Below are positions 25,960 through 34,991 of a stretch of 64,000 nucleotides of DNA, one piece after another. The notes under the pieces are model-generated. The model saw nothing but the letters and a program-made list of their open reading frames with translations, did no database searches and was not told where the DNA came from. The translations under genes were made by a program, and so were the position numbers. Source of the DNA: a virus; IMG/VR virus record IMGVR_UViG_3300026488_000026, positions 14,937 through 78,936 of that record. One strand, written 5' to 3'. The stretch's first letter is position 1. The number at the start of each line of letters is the position of its first letter.

Positions 25960-26062
25960 TTTAAATAGGAGGCACAAAAGGCAAAAAGCTCGAAATTTCG
26001 GAGGCACAAATGAAATGCTATAAATAAGGAGACACAATTTCTTTTTTGGCTTTTTGCCTTTT
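25960..26062 (-). ncRNA. Candidate multi-target anti-RBS sRNA
   Basis: sigma70 promoter with no ORF; 14-bp stem 25976-25989/26049-26062; three anti-SD modules matching RBSs at 25632, 24284 and 24714. Confidence 0.65.
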
Positions 26063-26064
26063 AA

Positions 26065-26094
26065 ATTATAAAAAATTTTATAATTACTTGTCAA
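26065..26094 (-). promoter_or_regulatory. sigma70 promoter of the candidate sRNA
   Basis: TTGACA-18-TATAAT. Confidence 0.8.
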
Positions 26095-26131
26095 GAATTT
26101 TTACAAAAATGTAAAAAATTTTTATAAAAAA

Positions 26132-26429
26132 CTACTTTTTTGATAGTTTTTCTTTTTTCTTATTAAAATGTTCTACAATATGACCCATTCTACGCTTAAT
26201 TAAAACACTTACAATTGCTCCTAATGTTCCGCCTAATACAAATAATAAAATAATCTTTTTTAATTATCCCATTGCTAATACCTAATCCTATGCTTGTAAT
26301 CCAAAGTATTTGAATTATAAAAGCAAACACCCCTGTTTTAAAAATTGATTTTTCAACTACAACATACACACTATATGTTCTCATAATTTGAAATAAAAAA
26401 TTAAAAAAGAAAACTAAAAAAGCCGTCAT
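26132..26429 (-). pseudogene. Small membrane protein (DUF5698-like), frameshifted near 26245
   Basis: Alternative frame gives a third TM, LFVLGGTLGAIVSVLI, ending at TAG 26132. Confidence 0.55.
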
Positions 26430-27778
26430 TTTTCCGCCTTTGTAATTATAAGTTCTTCTAAATAATCAGCCTTATCTTTATCAACTCTAAACTCTTTAAA
26501 TCTTGGAAAATCCATAACTAATTGTTTTTTGCCGTTTGAATTTGTTATATAATACAAATCCGTATAATAAATTTCTACAAGTTTGCCTATCAATTTATCT
26601 CCATTAAGCTCTCTAATTTTATCAGTTAAACCACTTCCCACTTTTATTTTAAATTTTCCATCTTCAGTTTGACAAATAAATCCGCCTATTTTACCTTCAT
26701 ATTTCCCTTCACCTTCAAACCAATCTATAATCCTTAAAGTGCAACTTTCAAGTCCTTTATACTTAATCCATTTTTTACTTCTTTTTTTCTCATAAATTCC
26801 ATTCAAATCTTTAAGCATAATTCCTTCGCCTCCTTTATTTTTAACTTTTTCAAATAAACTTTTAACTTGCTCAAAATTATCACAAACGAATTGGTCTATT
26901 AATTTGATGCTTAAATTTTCAACCCCCCTTAAATTTTGACCCCCCTTATTTTCAAAATCTAAACCTCCCAATATTTTTAAAAGTCTAACCCGCCTATCTT
27001 TTAAAGTCGGACAATAAAATTCAAGATTATTCCACTCTCTAATTGTAAGATAATCAAAACAATGAAAATTAAGTTCTTGTTTTTCTTTTTCAGTTGCGGT
27101 TTCTTTTATAACTTTAGTTACAAGTCCTGATGTTTCTTGTCTTGTTTTTGCAAGTAATTCGCCATCATAATAACCATCTGGTTTGTTTTTTAGTTCTTTA
27201 AAAATATATGGTAAATTTAAAACACTACCATTGTATGTAATAGCATTTATTTCATCTTTATTTTTGTAAATAAGACATCTAACGCCATCTAATTTTTCTT
27301 CTACTGCAATTGGAAATTTAATTTCATTAATATCAATTTTATTAATGTCATATGCTTTCATAATAGTTGTATCTGGTATAAACTCATAACCAAGTGCCTC
27401 ATTTATTAACTTAACTTTAACTCCAAGTTTTAATTTTTTAGTTAAAATGTCTTGATAATATTTTCCTTCAATTCCACACTTTGATAAAAATGAAATTACC
27501 TTTTGTTCGGCTTCATTACTTCTTGCTTTAAGATTTACAAGATAATCAACAAGTTCTAAAAATTTATTAGGAGGTATAAGAAAACCACCATATTTAAATT
27601 GAATTTCTGGTAGTTTTCTAATATGCGTATTTAAAAAAGGATTGATTAGAGTCTTTAATAAATCAAGAAAATAAGGAACATCTTTATATTCTTGAATTAT
27701 TTTTATTTTTTCTTTTTTAGAGTTTGTTAGCATCAATTTATCAAAACCTGAAACCCATTTAAAATTATCTTTTTTCAT
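26426..27778 (-). CDS. lig: ATP-dependent DNA ligase
   Basis: EEKLDGVR, DGEL, EGIMLK, WIKYK, VGSG, FPRF. Confidence 0.95.
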   Translation of the reverse strand: MKKDNFKWVSGFDKLMLTNSKKEKIKIIQEYKDVPYFLDLLKTLINPFLNTHIRKLPEIQFKYGGFLIPPNKFLELVDYLVNLKARSNEAEQKVISFLSKCGIEGKYYQDILTKKLKLGVKVKLINEALGYEFIPDTTIMKAYDINKIDINEIKFPIAVEEKLDGVRCLIYKNKDEINAITYNGSVLNLPYIFKELKNKPDGYYDGELLAKTRQETSGLVTKVIKETATEKEKQELNFHCFDYLTIREWNNLEFYCPTLKDRRVRLLKILGGLDFENKGGQNLRGVENLSIKLIDQFVCDNFEQVKSLFEKVKNKGGEGIMLKDLNGIYEKKRSKKWIKYKGLESCTLRIIDWFEGEGKYEGKIGGFICQTEDGKFKIKVGSGLTDKIRELNGDKLIGKLVEIYYTDLYYITNSNGKKQLVMDFPRFKEFRVDKDKADYLEELIITKAEK

Positions 27779-27780
27779 TT

Positions 27781-28713
27781 TTAGCCCTCCTTTGGTAAAA
27801 ATTTAAAAATATGTTTTATTACTTCTAAAGTCCAAGCATTTCCTATTAATTTATGTCTTTCTCTATTTGGTATTATTATAGTTTTATCCTCAATAATACC
27901 AAATTTAGTATAATTATCAGGCAAAGTTTGTAATCTTTCACACTCAATAATATCAAGCATTCTAAATTTTTTATTTTTTATATCAATAAGATATTTATTA
28001 TGATGATGTGTTCCTGTAGTAAGACAAGCACTTTTATCTGAATTTAAAAAAGAAAACATATTTTTTTCCAACCTACTTTTATTACCATACTTATTATACA
28101 TAAAAGGTAATAATTCTCTATCGCATTTTTTATTTAATAAAACTTCTTTTAATTTTATATTTTTATCTTCTGGCAAATCTTTAATAGGAATATTAGTCCA
28201 ATAAAGTCTTGGACGCCTTTGGGCTGACACAAGTTTGCTATCTATAAGTATAGGCTCTATTTCTAATTCTTTTGAAATAATATTTTTCCATTTTTTAGCC
28301 ATTTTAACATTTTCAAGTAAAAAATATTTAGGTTTTACTTCTTTTAAAATACGGACATATTCCCAAAATAAATAAGATTGTCCTTCAAATTCAAAACCTT
28401 TTTCTTTTAATTCTAAATATTGCTCTAATGAAACTATTTCGATTTTTTCTTTTGTAATCATTCCTTGTTGTTTACCAGCAAAACTAAAATTTTGACAACT
28501 ACTACCTCCTATTAATAAATTAATATTTTTAAATTTATTTCCATCAACCTCTCTTATATCTCCAATAAAAATAGTATTAGGAAAATGGTATTTAGTTACA
28601 CCAATAGCAAATTTATCAATTTCACTTGCATAATATTTATCTATTTTAAAATTAAGTTCTTTCAAAGCAAGTTGTCCTATTGATATACCATCAAACAAAC
28701 TTAATATATTCAT
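27781..28713 (-). CDS. C5-cytosine DNA methyltransferase
   Basis: SLFDGI, GGSSCQ, LENV, AQRRPRLYW, ERLQTLP, IGNAW. Confidence 0.92.
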   Translation of the reverse strand: MNILSLFDGISIGQLALKELNFKIDKYYASEIDKFAIGVTKYHFPNTIFIGDIREVDGNKFKNINLLIGGSSCQNFSFAGKQQGMITKEKIEIVSLEQYLELKEKGFEFEGQSYLFWEYVRILKEVKPKYFLLENVKMAKKWKNIISKELEIEPILIDSKLVSAQRRPRLYWTNIPIKDLPEDKNIKLKEVLLNKKCDRELLPFMYNKYGNKSRLEKNMFSFLNSDKSACLTTGTHHHNKYLIDIKNKKFRMLDIIECERLQTLPDNYTKFGIIEDKTIIIPNRERHKLIGNAWTLEVIKHIFKFLPKEG

Positions 28714-28719
28714 TTTTAA

Positions 28720-28926
28720 TTATCCTTTTTTAATATTTTTGCAAGTTGTTTCTTTCCAACGCCATAAACTTGTAATTAAATCATATATTCCTACTTCTTT
28801 ATCTACAACAATTAAATTTTGAGTAATTATTTCTATTTGATAACCTTGGCTAATCCATTGTCTAATTTTCTTTTGAGTATCAGTTACTGACTCAACCATA
28901 CAAATAAATTCTTTTTTCATTTTCAA
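28720..28926 (-). CDS. Hypothetical protein
   Basis: Coupled ORF. Confidence 0.65.
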   Translation of the reverse strand: MKMKKEFICMVESVTDTQKKIRQWISQGYQIEIITQNLIVVDKEVGIYDLITSLWRWKETTCKNIKKG

Positions 28927-29189
28927 TCCTTCTTACAATAATCTCTTAAAAAATCTAAAAAATCATATAAGCCTATCTCATTAATAAATTCTTCCCAACT
29001 TAATTCAAATTCACCTAAATCTACACAATCTTTATCATAATGTCCATTAAACTCAATTGGACGACATTCACCATAACTTATTGTTATAAAAGTTCTTTTT
29101 GAGGAAATAAACTCTTCAAAAGCTTCTTTTAAATAATCATCAAAAATTTTATCATAAGCCTCACCAAAATTTTTTGCACAAATCCACAT
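28923..29189 (-). CDS. Hypothetical acidic protein
   Basis: GGAG RBS; GTG start. Confidence 0.65.
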   Translation of the reverse strand: MWICAKNFGEAYDKIFDDYLKEAFEEFISSKRTFITISYGECRPIEFNGHYDKDCVDLGEFELSWEEFINEIGLYDFLDFLRDYCKKD

Positions 29190-29514
29190 TTAATCCACTC
29201 CTTATTAAAAGATAGTCCTCAAATTTTTTGAATTCTTTAAACAATTCTTTTTCTATATATTCTTGATATAGTTTTTTATAATTTTTTAAAATAAATTTAA
29301 CAAAATTATAGTATAAATCAGCCATTGTTTCATCTTCCCAATTATATAAATAAACACTAAAATTGTTATTAAAATAAAAAAATGTAACTACAATTGTAGG
29401 ATTTCCTTCATTATCCCAACTTGTATTAACCCATATTTCTCCAATTAAGTCTGCTTTCGTAACTTGTTTATTTATTTTATTTACTATTTTAAGCATTCTT
29501 TTTTTACTAATCAT
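29161..29514 (-). CDS. Hypothetical protein
   Basis: AGGAG RBS. Confidence 0.7.
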   Translation of the reverse strand: MISKKRMLKIVNKINKQVTKADLIGEIWVNTSWDNEGNPTIVVTFFYFNNNFSVYLYNWEDETMADLYYNFVKFILKNYKKLYQEYIEKELFKEFKKFEDYLLIRSGLNVDLCKKFW

Positions 29515-29515
29515 T

Positions 29516-29764
29516 TTATTCTCCTTCTGTTGTTGATACTAAAGGTTTAACTTTATTTATTATAATCCACCAAAATTTTTTCCATAAAGGTAATTTAATG
29601 ATATACCAATTTTTGTCATCCATTGAATACTCTCTAATTCTATTTTTATTTGTAGTCCATTGAACTCCCATTAATTTAAAAATAATAGGTTTTGTTTTAC
29701 CTCTTGGGTTTCTAAAAGCATAACCTTTTTCTAAAAGGTATTTTTGTGCTTTTCTTATTGTCAT
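29516..29764 (-). CDS. Hypothetical basic protein, operon leader
   Basis: Conserved leader ATAAAAAATAAAGGAGAGAAAAATG. Confidence 0.7.
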   Translation of the reverse strand: MTIRKAQKYLLEKGYAFRNPRGKTKPIIFKLMGVQWTTNKNRIREYSMDDKNWYIIKLPLWKKFWWIIINKVKPLVSTTEGE

Positions 29765-29795
29765 TTTTCTCTCCTTTATTTTTTATTGCGTAAAA

Positions 29796-29824
29796 ATTAT
29801 AAAAAATTTTTTATAAAAAGTCAA
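29796..29824 (-). promoter_or_regulatory. sigma70 promoter with palindromic spacer
   Basis: TTGACT-17-TATAAT. Confidence 0.85.
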
Positions 29825-29835
29825 GAGAAAACAAA

Positions 29836-30723
29836 TTATTTATAAAGATTTTGAAGAAAATCATTAAAATCTTTATATCCGCTTTTGTAGAATTCTCTAA
29901 TAAGAGGATTTTTGGAGCTAATTGCAAGTTTTAAATTAAACCATTTTTTTAAATTTGACTGATAAAATTTTTTAATTGCTTCTTGCCCTCTTTTATCATT
30001 ATCAAGCATAATATAAATTGTATCTATACCTTTTTTTAAAAGATAACTAATTTTATAAGAGTTAAAATTAACTGCCAAACCAAAATTTGCAATAGCTTGG
30101 ATATTTAATTGATATAAGCTTAAAGCATCCATGATACCTTCAACAAGATAAATTTCGTTTTGATTCAAATCAATTTTAGGATAAATTAAACTTTTTAAAT
30201 CTAAACCTTTTGCATATAAATATTTTGGCTCTAAATTTTTATCGTAAGCTCTTGTGTTATATCCAATACATTCTCCGTTATCGTTATAAAAAGGAAATAT
30301 AACTCTATCTTTATATAAACCTCTTCTACAAATATAAAGGTCATATTTTTTTATTGTTTGAAAATTTAACCCCCGCCATTTTTTAGGCAACTCTTCATCT
30401 CTTGGAGGTAAAATAAAAGATTTTGTTTTTGTTTGTTTTTGGTTTGTTAATTGTTGTAAAAGATTGTTATATTTAGTTTGTTGTTGAATTTCATAGAGTT
30501 CCTCGTCTGAAAATTTAGTATTATCTAACCAAAAATTTTTGTTAATTTTATAACCACAACTAAAACATTCACCAAAGCCTGTTTCAAAATTAATCCACAT
30601 ACTTTCATGTTTATCATCATGTTCTGGGTTTAAACAATTAACAAGAAAAAAACTATCTCCTGTTTGTTTGTAATTAACACCTAAGCGTTTTAGTTTATCA
30701 ATTATTAATAATTTTAAATTCAT
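29836..30723 (-). CDS. DNA primase (DnaG-like)
   Basis: CLNPEH...CFSC zinc finger; LVEGIMD; MLDND TOPRIM; KDFND. Confidence 0.92.
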   Translation of the reverse strand: MNLKLLIIDKLKRLGVNYKQTGDSFFLVNCLNPEHDDKHESMWINFETGFGECFSCGYKINKNFWLDNTKFSDEELYEIQQQTKYNNLLQQLTNQKQTKTKSFILPPRDEELPKKWRGLNFQTIKKYDLYICRRGLYKDRVIFPFYNDNGECIGYNTRAYDKNLEPKYLYAKGLDLKSLIYPKIDLNQNEIYLVEGIMDALSLYQLNIQAIANFGLAVNFNSYKISYLLKKGIDTIYIMLDNDKRGQEAIKKFYQSNLKKWFNLKLAISSKNPLIREFYKSGYKDFNDFLQNLYK

Positions 30724-31201
30724 TGTTAAATCTTTCTATTATTTCTGGCGTATTTTCTTTTCTTAATTGAATATCAAATATTTCTAAATTAATTGTTTGA
30801 GTATCTAAAAAGACCTTATAATATCTAAATTTTTTTTGAATATCTTTATCTTTTAGAAGAAAATGTACTTTTTTATAAGTGTCTTTTAATATAGAATTAT
30901 CATTATACATAGTATTAAACCAAAAATAATAAAGAACATACTTAATAATATGTTGTCCTACTTTTTTAAGTTTTGAATGTTTATTACTTGTAGCTTCATA
31001 AATAATAATTGAATTTCCTTTTGCCAAATGTAACAACATATCATCAGGAACATTTAATAAAAATTTTTTATATGCTTTTTGTTCTAATAAAGACGATTGC
31101 AATCTACAAAAAGAAATATTAGAAACTGAATTTATAAGAATGTGATTATGTTCAAAAACTTTCAGCCCAGCTGTTAAATTAACATATTCTTTTATTTTCA
31201 T
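30698..31201 (-). CDS. Hypothetical protein
   Basis: YVNLTAGL...RLQSS; coupled to the GGDEF gene. Confidence 0.7.
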   Translation of the reverse strand: MKIKEYVNLTAGLKVFEHNHILINSVSNISFCRLQSSLLEQKAYKKFLLNVPDDMLLHLAKGNSIIIYEATSNKHSKLKKVGQHIIKYVLYYFWFNTMYNDNSILKDTYKKVHFLLKDKDIQKKFRYYKVFLDTQTINLEIFDIQLRKENTPEIIERFNNEFKIINN

Positions 31202-31683
31202 TTTCTACCTTTCTTTTTAATTATAATTTTATCTAATTGTTTTATACTCTCACGAAAAGATAAATTTTTTCCAAAATAACCCTCAGCAAAAGTGATGTTT
31301 TTAATAGAACTTAAATCTAACTTATCATAAGGTTGATAAATAATTACAAACTCATCTCCTCCTATTCTAAAAATTCTACCACTAACATTTTGTTTTTTCA
31401 TTAATTTTTTAATTTGTTCAACAACATTAATTATAAATTTATCTCCAGCTTCATAGCCTTGTTCTCTATTTAATAAATGTAGATTGTCTAAATCAATTAA
31501 AATTAAATTATAAAACCATTTGTTTTTACTTTCGATTTGTTCTTTATATTCTGTTTTTAAAAGTTCATCAAGATAATGTCTATTATAAACTTGTGTTAAA
31601 TGGTCTTTTTTAAGATTTTCAATTTTCTTTTTTAAATCAGAGATTATTTCCTCTAAAAGTTCTATTCTTTCTTCGCAACTCAT
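31198..31683 (-). CDS. GGDEF diguanylate cyclase-like protein
   Basis: DHLTQVYNR, IDLDN, GYEAGD, RIGGDEF; N-terminal coiled coil. Confidence 0.88.
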   Translation of the reverse strand: MSCEERIELLEEIISDLKKKIENLKKDHLTQVYNRHYLDELLKTEYKEQIESKNKWFYNLILIDLDNLHLLNREQGYEAGDKFIINVVEQIKKLMKKQNVSGRIFRIGGDEFVIIYQPYDKLDLSSIKNITFAEGYFGKNLSFRESIKQLDKIIIKKKGRK

Positions 31684-31684
31684 T

Positions 31685-31981
31685 TTATTCTCCTATTAAT
31701 TGTAAATGCAAATTGTTTTTTGCTAAAAGCCCTTTTCTTTTTGCTTTAAAAGTAAAAAATCCTTCAATTTTATTAAACAAAAGATTGTATAAATCATTTA
31801 TATTTGAATTTATCCCTGCTTTTTCGATATATTTGTCAATTGTATAAAAAATATCCTTTGCTTTATTTTCAATCTCTTCTCTTGTATCTCCTTTTACTTT
31901 TATATATACTTCAAAATCTTCAATATCTTTATTTATAAGAGAGACAGGAACTTTAAAGTCCCTATAAAGTGTTTCAACCAT
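31685..31981 (-). CDS. Hypothetical protein
   Basis: AGGAG RBS. Confidence 0.7.
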   Translation of the reverse strand: MVETLYRDFKVPVSLINKDIEDFEVYIKVKGDTREEIENKAKDIFYTIDKYIEKAGINSNINDLYNLLFNKIEGFFTFKAKRKGLLAKNNLHLQLIGE

Positions 31982-31994
31982 TTTTAACTCCTTA

Positions 31995-32423
31995 TTAATG
32001 TGAATTTACTTTTATCGTAGGCGTTGGAGCTTGAGTTGTAATTTTTGTTTCTACAATAGATATAATAGTTTGTGGTCTAAAATTGACTTTGTAATAATAA
32101 GCAGGAACATTTACTTCTTTTAATTGTTCAATAAAATAAGCCGTATTATCTGATAAACCGAAATATTCTTTAATGTAAGAATTGTGTCCAACTTTACATG
32201 TTACTTCTAATTGATTATCATGTTTATCATAATCTATACTACAAAATCCCTTTATTTCAAGTAGGTATTTATCGGTTATACCATTAAAAAACACAATTCG
32301 TCTTAATACTTTAAAATTATCCGCCTCATAACTAATATTATATGAGGCGGTTTCTGCTTCTCTTGAACAACCTATAAATAAAGTAGCTAATATTAACCCA
32401 AAAATTAAAATTTTAGTTTTCAT
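31995..32423 (-). CDS. Conserved phage lipoprotein
   Basis: LFIGC lipobox; RRIVFFNGITD. Confidence 0.8.
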   Translation of the reverse strand: MKTKILIFGLILATLFIGCSREAETASYNISYEADNFKVLRRIVFFNGITDKYLLEIKGFCSIDYDKHDNQLEVTCKVGHNSYIKEYFGLSDNTAYFIEQLKEVNVPAYYYKVNFRPQTIISIVETKITTQAPTPTIKVNSH

Positions 32424-33099
32424 TTTTAATTCCTTTACTTATATTTATTTTGCAATTTCTATAATCAGCTTTTAACCATTTAGCTTTTGCCTCAGATGAA
32501 GTATCCTTTTGAAATTTACCATCTATTATCTTGCCTTTTCTACTATTAATTTCTTTCCAAGTTTCATATAAAGTACATTTAGGGTCATAACCAAGTTTCA
32601 TTAACATACCTATACAAAAAACCATAATGTCATTAATACCGTCTACAATCTCTTCTTCATTAATTCCAACATAATCATCAAATTTTTTCTTTTCTTCCTC
32701 TGTTAAATCTAACATAAAGAAACCTTCAACCCATTCTTTTAAAATAGGGCGTTTTTCTTTTGTAAGTTTAAACCCCGCAATTTCAAACATTTCTTCAATT
32801 ATATTTGTAAATTCATTTACCATATCAAATTCTTGTTGGTCTAATAATCTTTCTCTTTGCCATTTTTCAATTCTATTAATTATATTGTTTGGAATATCAT
32901 CAATATAAAATAATGTTTGATTTGTAACATAATCATAATGTGTTGTAATCCCATCAAAATTAAAATCTTCTATATGCCCTGTATCATCAAATTCTACACT
33001 AAAAAATTCATATTCTCTTTCAACATCGATAACAATCCCGTAACCATATCTACAATCCCAAACCCTATCATTTAATTTCACATTTTTAAAATAACTCAT
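32413..33099 (-). CDS. MazG-like NTP pyrophosphohydrolase with N-terminal SH3-like domain
   Basis: EE...E, EIVDGINDIMV, EINSRKGKIIDGKFQK. Confidence 0.75.
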   Translation of the reverse strand: MSYFKNVKLNDRVWDCRYGYGIVIDVEREYEFFSVEFDDTGHIEDFNFDGITTHYDYVTNQTLFYIDDIPNNIINRIEKWQRERLLDQQEFDMVNEFTNIIEEMFEIAGFKLTKEKRPILKEWVEGFFMLDLTEEEKKKFDDYVGINEEEIVDGINDIMVFCIGMLMKLGYDPKCTLYETWKEINSRKGKIIDGKFQKDTSSEAKAKWLKADYRNCKINISKGIKNEN

Positions 33100-33347
33100 T
33101 TTAACTCTCCTTTTTGTTTTAAATATTTTTTAATTTTTTGATGTTTTTCTTTAATTTGTTTATCTTCTTGTTCAGTATAGCACTTTTTAGTTCCACTTTT
33201 AAATAAAATACAAAACCCAATTCCTAAATCTTTATATTTAATACTACCATTTTTATTCCAACCAATAGGTATTGAAAAAGGTTGTAAATCCTCTATAAGA
33301 ACTATCTCATCTAAATATATTAAATCTTTTCCTATTTGTATTGTCAT
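33096..33347 (-). CDS. Hypothetical protein
   Basis: Coupled ORF. Confidence 0.65.
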   Translation of the reverse strand: MTIQIGKDLIYLDEIVLIEDLQPFSIPIGWNKNGSIKYKDLGIGFCILFKSGTKKCYTEQEDKQIKEKHQKIKKYLKQKGELK

Positions 33348-33349
33348 TT

Positions 33350-33874
33350 TTAACTCCTTTCTAAATGTTCAAAAATTAATTGCTGTGGTAAAAGTTTCCA
33401 ACAAAACCAACTTGTATTAAACCAATTTCCACCACCTTTTTTAAGACCCATATGTTCTAAAAATTGCACTCGTCTATCTAATACAATCACTTCAATCCCA
33501 TATTCTCTAAACATATTACCTCTTTTAATTCCTTCAAGAGTAGTAATAGGTAATAAAAAAGCAAATGGTTTTCCTAATTGATAAGCTCTTTCTAAAAATT
33601 TATCTTTCAAAGAATAAGGCGGGTTTGTCACGATAATATCATAATCAAAGTCAGGAATGTCTTTTAAAAAATCAAAACCATTTTTTAAATGTGTATTTAC
33701 AACTTTAAAGCCATTTTCTTTTAAAACTTTTGTTATATTACTATTACCAAAATCAGTGCATTCCCAAATTACTTTGTTTTTTGGTAAATATTTTAATAAA
33801 GGTTTAATTGCATACTCAGGTGTATAAATTTCATCAAACTTTTTGCTTTGTTTTAATGCCTCTTTAATTGCCAT
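33350..33874 (-). CDS. Small amino-DNA methyltransferase (N6A/N4C type)
   Basis: DEIYTP, DF, TNPPY. Confidence 0.85.
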   Translation of the reverse strand: MAIKEALKQSKKFDEIYTPEYAIKPLLKYLPKNKVIWECTDFGNSNITKVLKENGFKVVNTHLKNGFDFLKDIPDFDYDIIVTNPPYSLKDKFLERAYQLGKPFAFLLPITTLEGIKRGNMFREYGIEVIVLDRRVQFLEHMGLKKGGGNWFNTSWFCWKLLPQQLIFEHLERS

Positions 33875-33883
33875 TTTTTGCCT

Positions 33884-34150
33884 TTATGCTTTTAAATCTA
33901 ATTTTAAATCAAAGTCTATTAATTCTAAATCTCTTTCTAATAATCTTCCTTTTAACCTTTTATTTTCTATTTTTTCTTGATTATAAAGTTTTTTATAATA
34001 GTTAATTTTATTTTCAAGTTCATTAATATATTCTTGTAATAAGCGTAAATGATAAAATTTAATAGATAACTTATCATTATCAGTAATTTCAAGTTTCCAT
34101 CTTTTAATTGCTTCAATAGTAGGTTGAACGATTTGTTTTTTATTTTTCAT
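33884..34150 (-). CDS. Coiled-coil hypothetical protein
   Basis: Conserved AAAGGAGAGAAAAATG leader. Confidence 0.7.
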   Translation of the reverse strand: MKNKKQIVQPTIEAIKRWKLEITDNDKLSIKFYHLRLLQEYINELENKINYYKKLYNQEKIENKRLKGRLLERDLELIDFDLKLDLKA

Positions 34151-34418
34151 TTTTCTCTCCTTTATTTTTTAATATATTAAAGGCTATCATAAACGCTTTT
34201 TTAAAAGCGTTATCATCTATGTTTAAGAAAAACTTTTCATCTACCATAAAACTATCTTTTCCGTTATTATAAACAACTTCTAATTGTCCATCACTACTCT
34301 TTAACCATTCTTTAAAAGCGTCCCAAAATAGAACGCCTGAAATAGCGTCAAGTGCTGTTTCTTTATCATATGCTTTTTCTATTACAAAAACCTTTTTATT
34401 TTTCCGTTTATTTTTCAT
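34140..34418 (-). CDS. Hypothetical protein, operon leader
   Basis: Conserved AAAGGAGAGAAAAATG leader. Confidence 0.7.
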   Translation of the reverse strand: MKNKRKNKKVFVIEKAYDKETALDAISGVLFWDAFKEWLKSSDGQLEVVYNNGKDSFMVDEKFFLNIDDNAFKKAFMIAFNILKNKGEKNEK

Positions 34419-34448
34419 TTTTCTCTCCTTTATTTTTATTGCATTAAA

Positions 34449-34477
34449 ATTATAAAAAATTTTTTATAGTTTGTCAA
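34449..34477 (-). promoter_or_regulatory. sigma70 promoter with palindromic spacer
   Basis: TTGACA-17-TATAAT. Confidence 0.88.
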
Positions 34478-34991
34478 GTTCTTTTATTTTAAATTTATCA
34501 AATTCCCATTTAATACAACCTTTATAATCTTTCTGTAACCAAACAACTCCCCATTGAAAACCACTTTGTGGAAACTCTTTTGGTGTTTTATCTAAAAGCA
34601 ATACTTCTTTAATACCATAATTATTTTCTTTCATTTCTCTTAATCTTGCTTTTAAACTTAATAAATGATTTAAAGTAATAAGATATACAATATTTTTAGT
34701 ATTTATTTTATAAGAATGTTTTAAAAAGTCTCTAACTAACGAAAAAGGAGGGTTAGTAATAATCCAATCGACTTGTTTATTATAATCAAAAAAGTTTTTA
34801 TTTTCTTTTATTTCACACCATTCTTTGTTTTCTGGTAAATATTTATAAAAACTACCATTTCCTTTACAAGGCTCTAAAAATAAATCATTTGTTTTAAAAT
34901 ATTGTTTAAAATAATTTATTATTTGTTTTGCCAAATAATCTGGTGTATATATTTCATCGTTTCCTGAATTTGGTACTAATTTTTTAGACAT
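34464..34991 (-). CDS. Small amino-DNA methyltransferase
   Basis: DEIYTP, LEPCKGNG, TNPPF. Confidence 0.85.
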   Translation of the reverse strand: MSKKLVPNSGNDEIYTPDYLAKQIINYFKQYFKTNDLFLEPCKGNGSFYKYLPENKEWCEIKENKNFFDYNKQVDWIITNPPFSLVRDFLKHSYKINTKNIVYLITLNHLLSLKARLREMKENNYGIKEVLLLDKTPKEFPQSGFQWGVVWLQKDYKGCIKWEFDKFKIKELDKL

